64,000 bases of DNA from Octopus vulgaris (GCA_951406725.2 OX597815.1:147622001-147686000), one strand, 5' to 3'; shown: positions 41,220 to 54,239, counted from the stretch's first letter. Notes: generated from the letters alone by a model not told the origin. Numbers and translations: made by a program.

Positions 41220-43370
41220 TACTGCATAAACTTAAGAGGACAGTTACAACTCAATAAGAGCGGAAAAAATATATTTCTGAGAGAACTTGTTGCATGCAAT
41301 CAAGCCTCATGCATAGCACTCACTGAAATACACCTAAAACATGACATTGCTGAAATGATGTACAAATGCCAAAGAATGTTGTATTGCAAAGTTGCAATGT
41401 ACGTTAAGATCTCATGCCCTAGATCCTTTTGTCACACTCAAACACAGTTTGTGACAGACGAATTTTACATATAAGACAACTCCATATAATGATATGTACT
41501 ACATACCGTCCTCCAGATACCCCAAATCACATGGGTCTATTGGAAGTCTACCTTGCAAGAATAGAAGAGTAGAAACAAACTAGAAGTGCACATCAGCGTA
41601 CGTCTTATGGCGGACAACAGTCTGCCCAATTCGGAATAGCTTGAATGACGTAATGTGAGCAAGGCCATGCAGAATCCCTGCTCAAACTCACTAACAAGTT
41701 GTATATAGAGCATATAAACCCCAACCAACCAGAGCAAACAATACATTTGATCTCTGCTTCATAAACAATGTGTATCTCATCTATAATATGAAAGTGACTC
41801 AGACACTAATCTGGAGTCACAACAAAATAGAGCTAACAATATATGTACGAAAGGAACCCACAGACATGTTGCCTACAGAAGCAGCTAAAGTTTTCCCAAT
41901 CTGAACTATAACCTGGAAATCAATTGCGGAAGAGGTTACCAAACGAGACTGATCCCAGTGTCTCTCTACCCCTGACATTGACATCAAATTGAAAACTTTC
42001 ACGTCTGTAATACAAATTATATATTACAATTTTGTCACAGAGAGAAGTGCCACTGCACATAAAAACGAGGTTCTCAATGAGAGAAGCATTTTATAAGACG
42101 GCGTGCAAAGATTGCAAACCGCCTCAACAGAAAACTCAATAGAGGTAAGAAACCCCGCCTGAAAACAGCACCGTATCAGTCTGAATGAGAAGAAAACATC
42201 AGAATCTTGGGTTACAAGAAATATAAAAGGAAACCCTAAAGCTTTGTTCAGGTGCGCGAAGGAGATTACCTCTGTGTTTTGCATGGTAGGGCCACTCCTC
42301 CAAAACGATGACTCCCTCACGGGAAACCCAATGTCAATGGATGAAACACTAAATGAACAGCACCGATATGTCTTCACCTCCACCCCTATGGCACATACAT
42401 GTTAGAAAACATGTAGACTTCTTTACCGCTACAGAAGCTGAAGAGAAGTCAGTAACAATTGATCGATCAACATCGAAGAAAATTATGTAATGCTGGCAAT
42501 AGATGATTTAGATTCAAATTCAGCTGCTGGGTTTGAGTGATTTCTGACAATCCTTCTCAAGTCAAGCAAAGGAATTCTTGCAAATCTATTGCAACTACTT
42601 CTTCAGAGCTTACTTGCAAATGGTAAGCACACGGATAAACTTAATGAGGGAATAATATGACCCATTCTGAATTGAGGAAGTAGAAGTGATGCTAAAAACT
42701 CTAGACCTATTTCTCTGACCTCTCACATCAGCAAAGTCATAGAACGAATTGTCCGGAGGAAATTAATTGCATTCGTTGAAGAGAATGACTTGCTGACTGA
42801 CATCAAGCATGGCTTTCGGCCAGGTAGAAGCTGCCTGACACAGCTCCAGCAGCATTAAAACTCGGTGCTAAACAGTTGCTCAATGAGTCAAATGTGGACT
42901 TGATATAGCTTGACTTTGAAAAACTCCTTTCCTAAAGACGACAATGGTCTGATTTGTCACAAACTGCGTAATCTTGGCATAGTTGGGAACCTTGTAGCAT
43001 GGCTACATGACTTTCTCAAAGATAGAAGTGAGGTAGTAGTGACTAACGGGGCCAACATCAAGGAAACACAAATAATGAGCAGTGTTCCAAAATGCACTAT
43101 CTTAGGACCACTGCTATTCATAGTATCCCTCTCAGACATGCCCTCAGCTAATCAAGGAGCCGCTCTTGCTTTCTATGTAGACGATACAAAAGTCTCTCAG
43201 AGGATACAGAAACCTTGAAAAGTTGAGCTCCTGCAAAATGAGTTGGACGCAACATATAGATGGGCTGAGGAAAAGAACATGCAGTTTACTGCTGGAAAAT
43301 TCCAAGCCCTGTCCTACCAACACACAAAGCTGAACTACATGGAACCAAGACACACTGATCCAGAGAAGAC
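41220..43370 (+). mobile_element. Decayed CR1/Jockey-group LINE ORF2 (AP endonuclease + reverse transcriptase)
   Basis: CIALTEIHL, TYRPPD, NSRPISLTSHISKVMER-like, KHGFRPGRSCLTQL, SSVPKCTILGPLLF, YVDDTK, WAEEKNMQFTAGKFQAL; many stops and frameshifts; cut off by the tandem array. May extend upstream to about 40380. Confidence 0.9.
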
Positions 43371-43759
43371 AAATAGCTATAATCTCTTTGACTGCTATTT
43401 CTAAATTCGGTGTGCGGTAAGGCAATTCGTTGCTAAACCCTTAATTGCTTAGTATTACTTAAATTTTCCTCGAATGAGGCTTTTACATGCCGAAGACTAC
43501 TTGGTGTAATTGATAATTATTCCAAATTAATTAATTTCACCCTTCATTGTTACTGATAACCATATTCATCCCAGTAAATGACCACAGCACTTTGTCTTGG
43601 CTACACGCGGGTGGGAAGGGACTGGTGACACAAACTTTCATTCTCACTTTGAATTTGGTGATACTAGCTGTTGGCTTCTAGATCGCTCTGATACTGAGTT
43701 GAGTTGGTGCCTTCTAGTATCTCAAAATTCAATATACAATCATTCATGATTGTTTGTAT

Positions 43760-43851
43760 CCTGCGCTGATGAGAGAAGAAGTATGGGTAAGGTCGAATTA
43801 TCTAATTCTTATGCTTTCCTAAGACTTGATCTCGAAACGTACGTCCGTAGG
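43760..43851 (+). ncRNA. Type I hammerhead ribozyme, copy 1
   Basis: CCUGCG CUGAUGA GAGA-(53 nt)-UCUC GAAAC GUAC GUC^CGUAGG. Stem I CCUGCG/CGUAGG, stem II GAGA/UCUC, stem III AC/GU with a GUAC loop. Predicted cut after 43845. Confidence 0.9.
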
Positions 43852-44345
43852 TGACTTAAAACTGTATGATAGATTGCCGTTAATTAATTCTCTCTTACCT
43901 GTTTGTGTTTGCCTTTCAAATGCTGTGTTTTTACTGAGATCTCCTTTTAGTAGAAGAAATAGCTATAATCTCTTTGACTGCTATTTCTAAATTCGGTGTG
44001 CGGTAAGGCAATTCGTTGCTAAACCCTTAATTGCTTAGTATTACTTAAATTTTCCTCGAATGAGGCTTTTACATGCCGAAGACTACTTGGTGTAATTGAT
44101 AATTATTCCAAATTAATTAATTTCACCCTTCATTGTTACTGATAACCATATTCATCCCAGTAAATGACCACAGCACTTTGTCTTGGCTACACGCGGGTGG
44201 GAAGGGACTGGTGACACAAACTTTCATTCTCACTTTGAATTTGGTGATACTAGCTGTTGGCTTCTAGATCGCTCTGATACTGAGTTGAGTTGGTGCCTTC
44301 TAGTATCTCAAAATTCAATATACAATCATTCATGATTGTTTGTAT

Positions 44346-44437
44346 CCTGCGCTGATGAGAGAAGAAGTATGGGTAAGGTCGAATTATCTAATTCTTATGC
44401 TTTCCTAAGACTTGATCTCGAAACGTACGTCCGTAGG
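44346..44437 (+). ncRNA. Type I hammerhead ribozyme, copy 2
   Basis: Identical to copy 1. Confidence 0.9.
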
Positions 44438-44932
44438 TGACTTAAAACTGTATGATAGATTGCCGTTAATTAATTCTCTCTTACCTGTTTGTGTTTGCCT
44501 TTCAAATGCTGTGTTTTTACTGAGATCTCCCTTTTAGTAGAAGAAATAGCTATAATCTCTTTGACTGCTATTTCTAAATTCGGTGTGCGGTAAGGCAATT
44601 CGTTGCTAAACCCTTAATTGCTTAGTATTACTTAAATTTTCCTCGAATGAGGCTTTTACATGCCGAAGACTACTTGGTGTAATTGATAATTATTCCAAAT
44701 TAATTAATTTCACCCTTCATTGTTACTGATAACCATATTCATCCCAGTAAATGACCACAGCACTTTGTCTTGGCTACACGCGGGTGGGAAGGGACTGGTG
44801 ACACAAACTTTCATTCTCACTTTGAATTTGGTGATACTAGCTGTTGGCTTCTAGATCGCTCTGATACTGAGTTGAGTTGGTGCCTTCTAGTATCTCAAAA
44901 TTCAATATACAATCATTCATGATTGTTTGTAT

Positions 44933-45024
44933 CCTGCGCTGATGAGAGAAGAAGTATGGGTAAGGTCGAATTATCTAATTCTTATGCTTTCCTAAGACTT
45001 GATCTCGAAACGTACGTCCGTAGG
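44933..45024 (+). ncRNA. Type I hammerhead ribozyme, copy 3
   Basis: Identical to copy 1. Confidence 0.9.
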
Positions 45025-45518
45025 TGACTTAAAACTGTATGATAGATTGCCGTTAATTAATTCTCTCTTACCTGTTTGTGTTTGCCTTTCAAATGCTGTG
45101 TTTTTACTGAGATCTCCCTTTTAGTAGAAGAAATAGCTATAATCTCTTTGACTGCTATTTCTAAATTCGGTGTGCGGTAAGGCAATTCGTTGCTAAACCC
45201 TTAATTGCTTAGTATTACTTAAATTTTCCTCGAATGAGGCTTTTACATGCCGAAGACTACTTGGTGTAATTGATAATTATTCCAAATTAATTAATTTCAC
45301 CCTTCATTGTTACTGATAAACGTATTCATCCCAGTAAATGACCACAGCACTCTGTCTTGGCTACACGCGGGTGGGAAGGGACTGGTGACACAAACTTTCA
45401 TTCACACTTTGAATTTGGTGACACTAGCTGTGGCTTCTAGCTCGCTCTGATACTGAGTTGAGTTGGTGCCTTCTAGTATCTCAAAATTCAATATACAATC
45501 ATTCATGATTGTTTGTAT

Positions 45519-45610
45519 CCTGCACTGATGAGAGAAGAAGTATGGGTAAGGTCGAATTATCTAATTCTTATGCTTTCCTAAGACTTGATCTCGAAACGTA
45601 CGTCCGTAGG
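45519..45610 (+). ncRNA. Type I hammerhead ribozyme, copy 4 (A.C mismatch at the base of stem I)
   Basis: CCUGCA instead of CCUGCG; core intact. Confidence 0.8.
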
Positions 45611-46089
45611 TGACTTAAAATTGTATGATAGATTGCCGTTAATTCATTCTCTCTTACCTGTTTGTGTTTGCCTTTCAAATGCTGTGTTTTTACTGAGATC
45701 TCCCTTTTAGTAGAAGAAATAGCTATAATCTCTTTGACTGCTATTTCTACATTCGGTGTGCGGTAAGGCAATTCGTTGCTAAACCCTTAATTGTTTAGTA
45801 TATATATATATATATATAAATAGATGAGTGTATTTTTACCTTGTTAACAATTAACACGGAAAAAATATTCATATATAAATATATATATAATTCCGTCTAT
45901 CTATCAATATGTATGAGCTGTATGTGCTTCTCTATGAATATATATGTGCAATATTTACAGTGTAGAATCAGTCGTATGATGTTAGTAGTCTTGAACTAAA
46001 TAGTTTTATTACTTTCGCTCTCATCCGGGCATCTCTTCCGACTAACGTGGTGTTGGAATTTGCATCCGCCAATTATATATATCGACACA

Positions 46090-46204
<115 letters not shown>

Positions 46205-49149
46205 TACATATTAAAACACGCTCAAGGAAGGAAACAAAAGGGTGTTCTATGTTTCGAGACAGAGGAATGTCCGAGAGAAACGGAAAACTGAGTTACAAAT
46301 TCACTAACAATCCATATGTAGTTACATACTGCTGGAACTTATATAATGGTATGTATATATATATATATAGATAGATAGATAAAATAGAGGAGGGAGAGTG
46401 AGAGAGAGAGTGCGATAAATTACACCTTCCTGCTTTGCTTTGTGATTATAATGTTAAAATGCAATATCACTATTCGTCTACCACTTTGCTCCACTATAGT
46501 CTCTTCACCCAGCCGTATGAATTTATATTGTTAAACAGGAATAATTAGAATTCTGTTTTCAAAAGTACATTTCCTACAATTGAAATCACAAAACAAAGAT
46601 AAAATATGTTACTAATTATTCCAATTATATCCTGAACTAAATTGTTGCTGCTTTAGCAATTTTAGTAGAATTTCTTATTACAGTTTCGATGTATTATTAC
46701 AAAATATCACCTGATCTATCGATTTTCATCTACCATGTGAACTGGAATGTGGGCGCCATAATTTATATTATATTTGTAAGGCTTTTCAGCAAATTTTCAA
46801 ACCATATTATAGTACCAAGTCTTAAAAAATGTTTAAAGTCAACACCGTGTCCTACGTCGCGTTAGCAGTGTGTTGTTTTCATTTTCTTTGTATATCTCTA
46901 CAGATTTTCAATAGACTTTGCAGCCAGCGATGAAAGTCATGACATTTCGTATACGAATACGTCTGTGTAAACAATTTAATCGAAGACAGTAAATATTTTA
47001 CGTGTGTGTATCCATATTTCAGGAGTCATTGCAACTTTCTCGGCGCCTAATTCAACGCATTAATTCTCCACGAATACATTGCGTAAATAGCCGTTACGTT
47101 AAGCGGTGGATAAACAAATTCACCCATTAAACACATTCCTAACAACTGCTGCGACCATATTCATTGCTGGAATGCACACTGTATTTCGAATTAAGCAATA
47201 TATTGGTGGATAGGTAATGACTTGGACGTCGTAACATTCCGTGTTGACTTAATTTTATCGATAATCTGTAGAGAAGAAACTGGTGAAAGTCATCTGCTAA
47301 CTTGACGTAATTACACTTGTGCTTGATGAGGAAAAGAAAACAAAGAGGGAAATAATTTGTGCTTGGCAAATACATATGTTACTAATATCATTACAAATTA
47401 GAAATTTAGACACCAAATAGATTCACAAATCTCCACCAGAAAGAGAATTAAACGTTGTTGTCAATATTTGTAAAGAAGTCAGGTTGAGAGTTTCCTTTAT
47501 ATTCTGGGAAAGAAAGATACAAAAAAATTCACTTTTTGGTTGAGGTGATCTTCATGTTTTTTGCAAAATCACGGACATCGTAAAAAGCAGCGCAATCATG
47601 AAAAATGACTTATTGGAAGTCATTATTATTGTAATTAACCATGCTTCAAGCTAACAGGAATATTAGCATTCCAGGAAAAATGCTTAGCAGCATTTCGTCT
47701 GTCTTGATGTTCGTTCTGCCTTCAAATTTCTCCGAGTCTGATTTTGTACTCTATCTGTTCGGTATCGACAAAATGAGTTCCTGTTAAAAAACTGGGATCG
47801 ATATCATTGAATATCACCTTCCCCAAAACTTCAGACTATGTATCTATATATAGAAAGGTTTATTATAGTTATTATGCAGGTAGAATAGTAAGTGTTTAAC
47901 GTCTCTCAACACGGCACCTCTTGTCACGGGAATTAAAAATCTCCGGAGAAAAGCATTTTAGCGACGAAATATTCTGGACAGAAATTAACTCTTACACAAA
48001 TGTATTTATCCGTAAATCTTTTTGCATGAAGAGGTCGCAAGAAATTTTGCCAACATTAATAAACACACGGGAAACACAAACGCATATACGAACTAATAAA
48101 TGCGCATGATCCAAAACAAACGCATATACAAAATGACACACAGGTATACATGTTAAATGTGAGCGGCTTGAAGTATATAACGATATATGTTGATTGAATA
48201 AAAGCACTAATACAACGTGATGAATCTAATATTTATCATAATTTTGTTGGCAGTCACTTCGAAGTTCAACGGCTGTTGAAAAATTGCAGCGTACAAGATG
48301 AACTTGAGAAATGATTGAAAGCAATAATGTCGCTACAGTACAGCTGAAATACAAGCAAGTACAAACATAAACAACACCACAATGATTTTATGGTCGACCT
48401 GAAACTTCTAGAATTACAGGCGCCAATTAAATACATTTATATTCTGTTGAACTTGGAGTTGTTATAACTATCAGAACGATGACCAAAACTGATTTATGAA
48501 TATATTCTCTAACAAGTGTAAATTGTTCCACACTCTCGCTCATTCGTACATACGAAAATAGAAATGAACATTCAAGTTGATTAAATAATTTATAGAAATA
48601 CGTATATTTCTATGTGTAATTTCAGCATGTAAAATATACTAAATATTTAGCTTGTTAAATATGACGTATCGTGTTATTACATTTATAAATAACATACATC
48701 GCAGCAATTACACACAAGACACTTATGCGCGCGCGAAATGGTGTGTGCGTTGTTGAATGGATGACACAAACTTAAGCAAAATTGTGGCCCTGTCGTGAAG
48801 ATATCCATGATATTGTAATTCACTCTTTTGTATTTAATGTATTCTATTATCTGCATACAGACCCTTATACTGCATGCAGAAGTAAAATTTCCTCCACTTG
48901 CCTTTATTATCGCATTTCCATGCTATAAGTTTCCGCGACATAAAACTGTGTTTGAACTTCTTGCTCAATGCAGATGTGTTATATTTATACGGATTTTCCT
49001 GCCAGAAATTTAACGTTAGACAGTGATTGCTTTTCAACTTACTAGCAGTTGTGATGGGTGTGCTGTATGTTAATGTTCATCTTTAGTTGTCATATGAATA
49101 TTGCTGCCATAACCAATCAGGATTATGTTGTCTGCCGATAAATGTGACG

Positions 49150-49400
49150 AGCCGGTAGAATTATTAGCACGTTGGGGAAACTGGTAAACAGCATTTCGTC
49201 TGTCTTTATGTTAGTGCGCCTAGAAATGCTTACCAGCATTTCTTCCGACTTTCCTTTCTGAGTTGAGATACCCTTGAGGTAGACTTTGCCTTCCATTCTT
49301 TCAGAAACGAAACAAATAATTAACATTTGAGCAATGGGGTCGATGAAAGCGGCGTATCTCTAGCTTGAAATTACAGATCTTCTGCAACAATTTGAAATCA
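49150..49400 (+). mobile_element. Family A SINE with a duplicated head
   Basis: gagccggtagaattattagcacg...cagcatttc twice...gtagactttgccttccattctttc. Confidence 0.65.
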
Positions 49401-49635
49401 ATATGTTTTTCATAGGTGCAATTGAATCTGTATGTATTCACCGGTTTGACAAAAACAATGCATAGTTAGAATGATATCATAAATCTCTTCAAGAACACAA
49501 GCAAAACACATTTCTTAACAAAGACTCTAAGGATTTTATTTCAGATCAAAAATTACAGTGGTCAGCAGATTGTAAAATATTTGTATCATTAAGAATAGGC
49601 TAAACATTTTCAGCAGACTAAAACATATATTTTTC

Positions 49636-49775
49636 CCACTCTAGGCACAAATGCTGAGATATTTGGGGTGGCGGCCAGTCGATTAGTTGCGACCCCAGTT
49701 AGCAAATACTGCTTAATTTATCGACCTGAAAACGATGCAAAGCAAAGCCGACCTCAGCAGAATTTGAACTCGGAA
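49636..49775 (-). mobile_element. Family A SINE, 3' part
   Basis: actctaggcacaa...ttaatttatcgacc...gcaaagccgacctcagcagaatttgaactcggaa. Confidence 0.7.
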
Positions 49776-50669
49776 AATGTCGTGTTCTAGGGCAACAAAA
49801 GCAGCAGCGGTATAGGAGAAAGGGCTGAGAGGAGGATCATAGTGCTACTAAAATCAATGACACACACACACATTTACACACATAGACACAAACACAGAAT
49901 AGAATGCAAGAAACAGTGCAAAAGCGCACATGCAGACGTAAAGTGTTGCTGAGGAGGTCATAGATGTGTGATGAAATATTTCCGGATAATGGACAGGAGT
50001 TACACTAAGAACAGTAATAAACGAGTGAAATACGAATATATGATGGCAAAAACACATGAGTTCACATTAGGAATCTTGCAACACAGATTTATATTCGTAT
50101 GTATATATATAAACATACATATACATATACATATATTTTGCAAAGCTAAAGAAATAAAAAATAATGGAACCTACATATATGCTTCAGTTCTACCATCTAG
50201 TTGATCAGAAATTCAAAGCATTTACTTCAGTGCTAAGAAATGCATCATATTCTAACTATATGGGGGTAGAACTTCTTCAGGATTAATTTTGAGCTAATGG
50301 AAGTTAGGATATAATTTCACTTTTGAAGGATGCATGCAGAGTATTAAACTGACTAATACTCTAGGTTAAATGTGATAGAACTGAAACATTTTGGTAGATT
50401 TTTTTTTGGGATCTACAAATTGTAATCAATTAACTTTTACTCTTATGTTTTTATAAAATAAATTGATCATGCATGCCAATTTTTTCATTTGTTTTTCCTT
50501 CAATATTGATAATACATAATTTCAATAATCTCTAACATATACCAATGATTTTCGCACTATATGATAGGGATTAGCCATATGATAGGGATTAACCAGTGGA
50601 ATACCTTATGTGATATATTATACAGTCCCTAATGAGGGTACATATTTCAAATTAACTATATATGTATAT

Positions 50670-51577
50670 AAACGTTAAAAAAAACACAAACTGGGACAAG
50701 AACGTGAAACATTTTGAAGACGACAAAAAAACACACAGAAGCTCTCAGTCATCAGTCAAGAACCAGATCATCTTCGCAATTTCGGCTGATTAATCTTGAG
50801 ATTGCTCCAATCTGGGAAGCCCGCCAAGGGAAATCTAAGCCAGTCGCATTAGATTCCTTGGAAGAAAACCTCGAAAGTATACAACACGGTGACGGAAAAA
50901 CGGACGATGTTACTCGAAAAAAAAAAAAAATTCAAAAATACGTAAAAACAATAACGATAGCACGGATAAGAATACAAAATAACGTAAAAACAATAATAAC
51001 AAAACCAGGACGTCAGGACAAGCGTCTTTCGACAGGACGAGTTGAGTATAGGCTGGCTGTGGAACAAGTGCCTGAAGGCAAACGGAGCACAAACACATAC
51101 GTGTGGTCACACCAACTACTTGATGCGAAAAGGCAGTAGTAGCTAGCTGGTCACGTGAGCACAAAAAGGAGAAAGGGACAGATGAAGAGAGAAGCAAGAG
51201 AGGGAAAGGGATAGGTCAAGTGGGGTATAAGGTCTGAGAGGCAGAGAAATGTGGGAGAGGAGGGACGGAGGGAGAGAGAAAGAAAGAAGGGGAACAAGGG
51301 AGGAGAAGAAAAAGAGGGAAAGAGACAGAACAAGGGGAGTGCAAAGGGTGAAGGCAGAGAAAAGTAGGAGAGGGGGGGAAAGAGACAGTGAAGTCGAGTC
51401 GTACCAATGTTAGAGAGTAATATACTTACAGTATAGGGTCAAAAGGTAGGATACGTAGCCGCCGTGTATAAATGTAAACGTTAAAAAAAACACAAACTGG
51501 GACAAGGACGTGAAACATTTTGAAGACGACAAAAAAACACACAGACGGGACTTTCGAAGCTCTCAGTAATCAGTCAA
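50670..51577. mobile_element. 806 bp-period element with about 90-100 bp terminal direct repeats (Penelope pLTR-like)
   Basis: aaacgttaaaaaaaacacaaactgggacaag...cagtcaa at 50670-50759 and 51476-51577; no TG..CA ends; TA-rich flanks. Confidence 0.7.
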
Positions 51578-52120
51578 ATATATATATATATGTGTGTGTG
51601 TGAATGAATTACCCTATTCTCTTCTCTAAGGTTCCCATTGGAAACACACTCATAGAGAAATCGTACAAATGTAAACACTGGCAGAAACATAATTTTTACT
51701 CATATAAATGATTACGATAGTCATTGTGGTTTGAACAATTAGCTTAACATGCACTTCACTTCAATAGCGAAATTCTTTCCTAAGCCTTTGAACATTCTTT
51801 TAATCAACGTACCCTCCCTCTCCACTTGTTCCCTACCTATTATTCCTTTAACTCTTCTCTTCCTACTAACTAACTTTGACGTCAATTCTACTATCGGCTT
51901 TTTTAAAACACTTATTATCGTTTTGTTTACCATGTAGGCAGTCTTCGACATTTTTGTTTGTCTTGTTGTTGAGAGAGGCTCCCTTTCTTTCCTGATGAAA
52001 AGATTGCATCTCACACCCTTTATTCCTTTGGAATGAAACCATGTTGTCTTCGAAACATATGTCGAGAATAAAGGAATTTTGTAAACATCTTCGTTCGACT
52101 CCATTCCATTCTTTTATATA

Positions 52121-52179
<59 letters not shown>

Positions 52180-52294
52180 TTTAAATTTATCCAGTAAATG
52201 AAAAATAGCGATGAAGAAATACCGATATTTCACTGGTTCCACTGTTAAATACCTAAATTAACAGAGAAAACATTTGGAAATCTATGTATGTATG

Positions 52295-52295
<1 letters not shown>

Positions 52296-52390
<95 letters not shown>

Positions 52391-52410
52391 GATCTATCTA
52401 TCTATCTATC
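52296..52410. repeat. (TCTA)n microsatellite
   Basis: Direct observation. Confidence 0.95.
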
Positions 52411-53485
52411 TTTAAACAATTTCAACACATACACATATTATGTATATATATATGTTTCATAATTTGAATATAATTATTTTCGTCTGTGCGGAACAGTTGC
52501 TCTGTTTCGGTGCACGTAGTTCGTCAGTTAGCTTGGTATTTAAATGTTTCTTAACTGCCTTTCTTCATTTTAGTCCATCATATGTTTTTTCAGCCGAGAC
52601 TACTTTGTCGTCTTATACTACAAGTTTGAATTTAATGCTCTCTAATTAGAGAGGATGGAAATCCAAAGAACAAAGGGATCCGGAATATGATGTGACGAGA
52701 CATTATGTCCACACTTTCCTAAACTATCATGCTTGATGTCATTGGTGTAATGTGTCTCGACCGCATGAATTATGGATTATTAAATGTTATGCTAAGGGTA
52801 TGTGATCTTTGTATTAAGCGTGAGAAATTACTTGTGTCACGTGTTCTGGACTGGTTAGACAGGTACCTCCACTAACATATTGGGGGGAGGCACCTACTTT
52901 GGGGAAGCTGCTGCATTGATATTTCAAGTTTATTGATTCTTCACACCTCTTTCATATTTCTGAGAACATAGAATGCAACGTTATTCGATGCTGTCACCAA
53001 TAATGAAACCTTCTAATTTCTTCTCTGTCTGTGAGAAAACAATTATTGGTTGTCAACAAAATGGTTTACAATGTATTCCACTTAATTAAATTTCATTACC
53101 GGCAAAATGGTGGTTGTAGCAAATTATAAGCAACTACAGAGAAACATAGACATCTAAGCTATGGCCAAATAAAAGAAATTTGCTAACCATTATATTATAT
53201 GTTCCGGAGATTTTAATTCAATTCCAGAGATCTCATATGAAATATTCTCAGCGTTGTAAACATTATTTTATTTGTACCATATTATTAAGTTTTGCTGTGA
53301 AAATTTGCCTCGAGTTTATGTGAATAAAATTGTATAATGGAAAATAGATGTGGTCTATCGCACGTGCACACACACACATACATACATACTTACATACATA
53401 TATACACACAAGCATTCATACTAACATACATATATGTGTATACACTCATATTCACACGCTATCATATATAAATGTATACTATATC

Positions 53486-53557
<72 letters not shown>

Positions 53558-54239
53558 CAAAAAATACGAAGTGTTTTCGCCGCTGATGGTACAAAGCCTA
53601 AGTGGTGCAATAGCTAATCCGTTAGGATCCAGGTTCACAACAGTCACTGGAAATACGCATCTCTAGCTCCAGCCTCCGGATTACATATTATATATATAAA
53701 ATTTATATATATGCGATATATGTATATATGTGTATATGTGTTTGCGTGCGTGTTTGAGATTTTCTATAGTGTTTATGTGTATAAGTATAGATGTAGATGG
53801 TCGCTAAATCAAAAAGAGTAATTTTCCAATTATATTTCAATACATTTATCCGAAATGGTTGTATGACACAGAAGTGTTTAAACATACGTTCTGAAGGGAA
53901 ATGTGGAAACATTCTAACGTTTGCTCGACGTGACTTATTTTCTTTAGAGCGATTCTCCGAAACATTATATGTTATCACATTGCAATAGTATGTTAAAACA
54001 AAATAATGTTTTGTTTCCTACGGTAAATATGGACAATAATAACATGAAATGAACTAAAGAAGATTCAGACATGAAGCTCTGATACTTTAATATTTGAATT
54101 CTGGAAAAAGTCGATAAATAATATTGCCGCATAATAGTATTTTAACGGTATTGTAAATGGCAGTTTATGAGACGGCAAAATTGAAAATATATGCTTTAGA
54201 AACAGTAAAATAGAAAAAAAAACTTATAACACACTCTCC

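Larger units (their letters stand above)
43371..45800 (+). repeat. Tandem array, 4.1 copies of a 586-587 bp non-coding unit, each with a hammerhead ribozyme (retrozyme / Penelope pLTR-like)
   Basis: Unit start aaatagctataatc at 43371, 43957, 44544, 45131 and 45717; no long ORF; runs into (TA)n at 45800. Confidence 0.95.

Noticed and set aside
43468-43505. Second hammerhead in the array unit (cgaatga ggc ttttacat gcc gaagac)
   Set aside because: It has a stem II-like GGC/GCC, but both core strands deviate (CGAAUGA, GAAG) and no stem I or III can be drawn.
43371-45800. CRISPR array or LTR retrotransposon
   Set aside because: Units are contiguous 587 bp copies with no unique spacers, no cas genes, no TG..CA ends and no internal gag/pol.
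53885-53972. Further HHR (ctgaagggaaat...attctccgaaac)
   Set aside because: Core altered and stems I and III not convincing; could be a decayed copy but cannot be supported.
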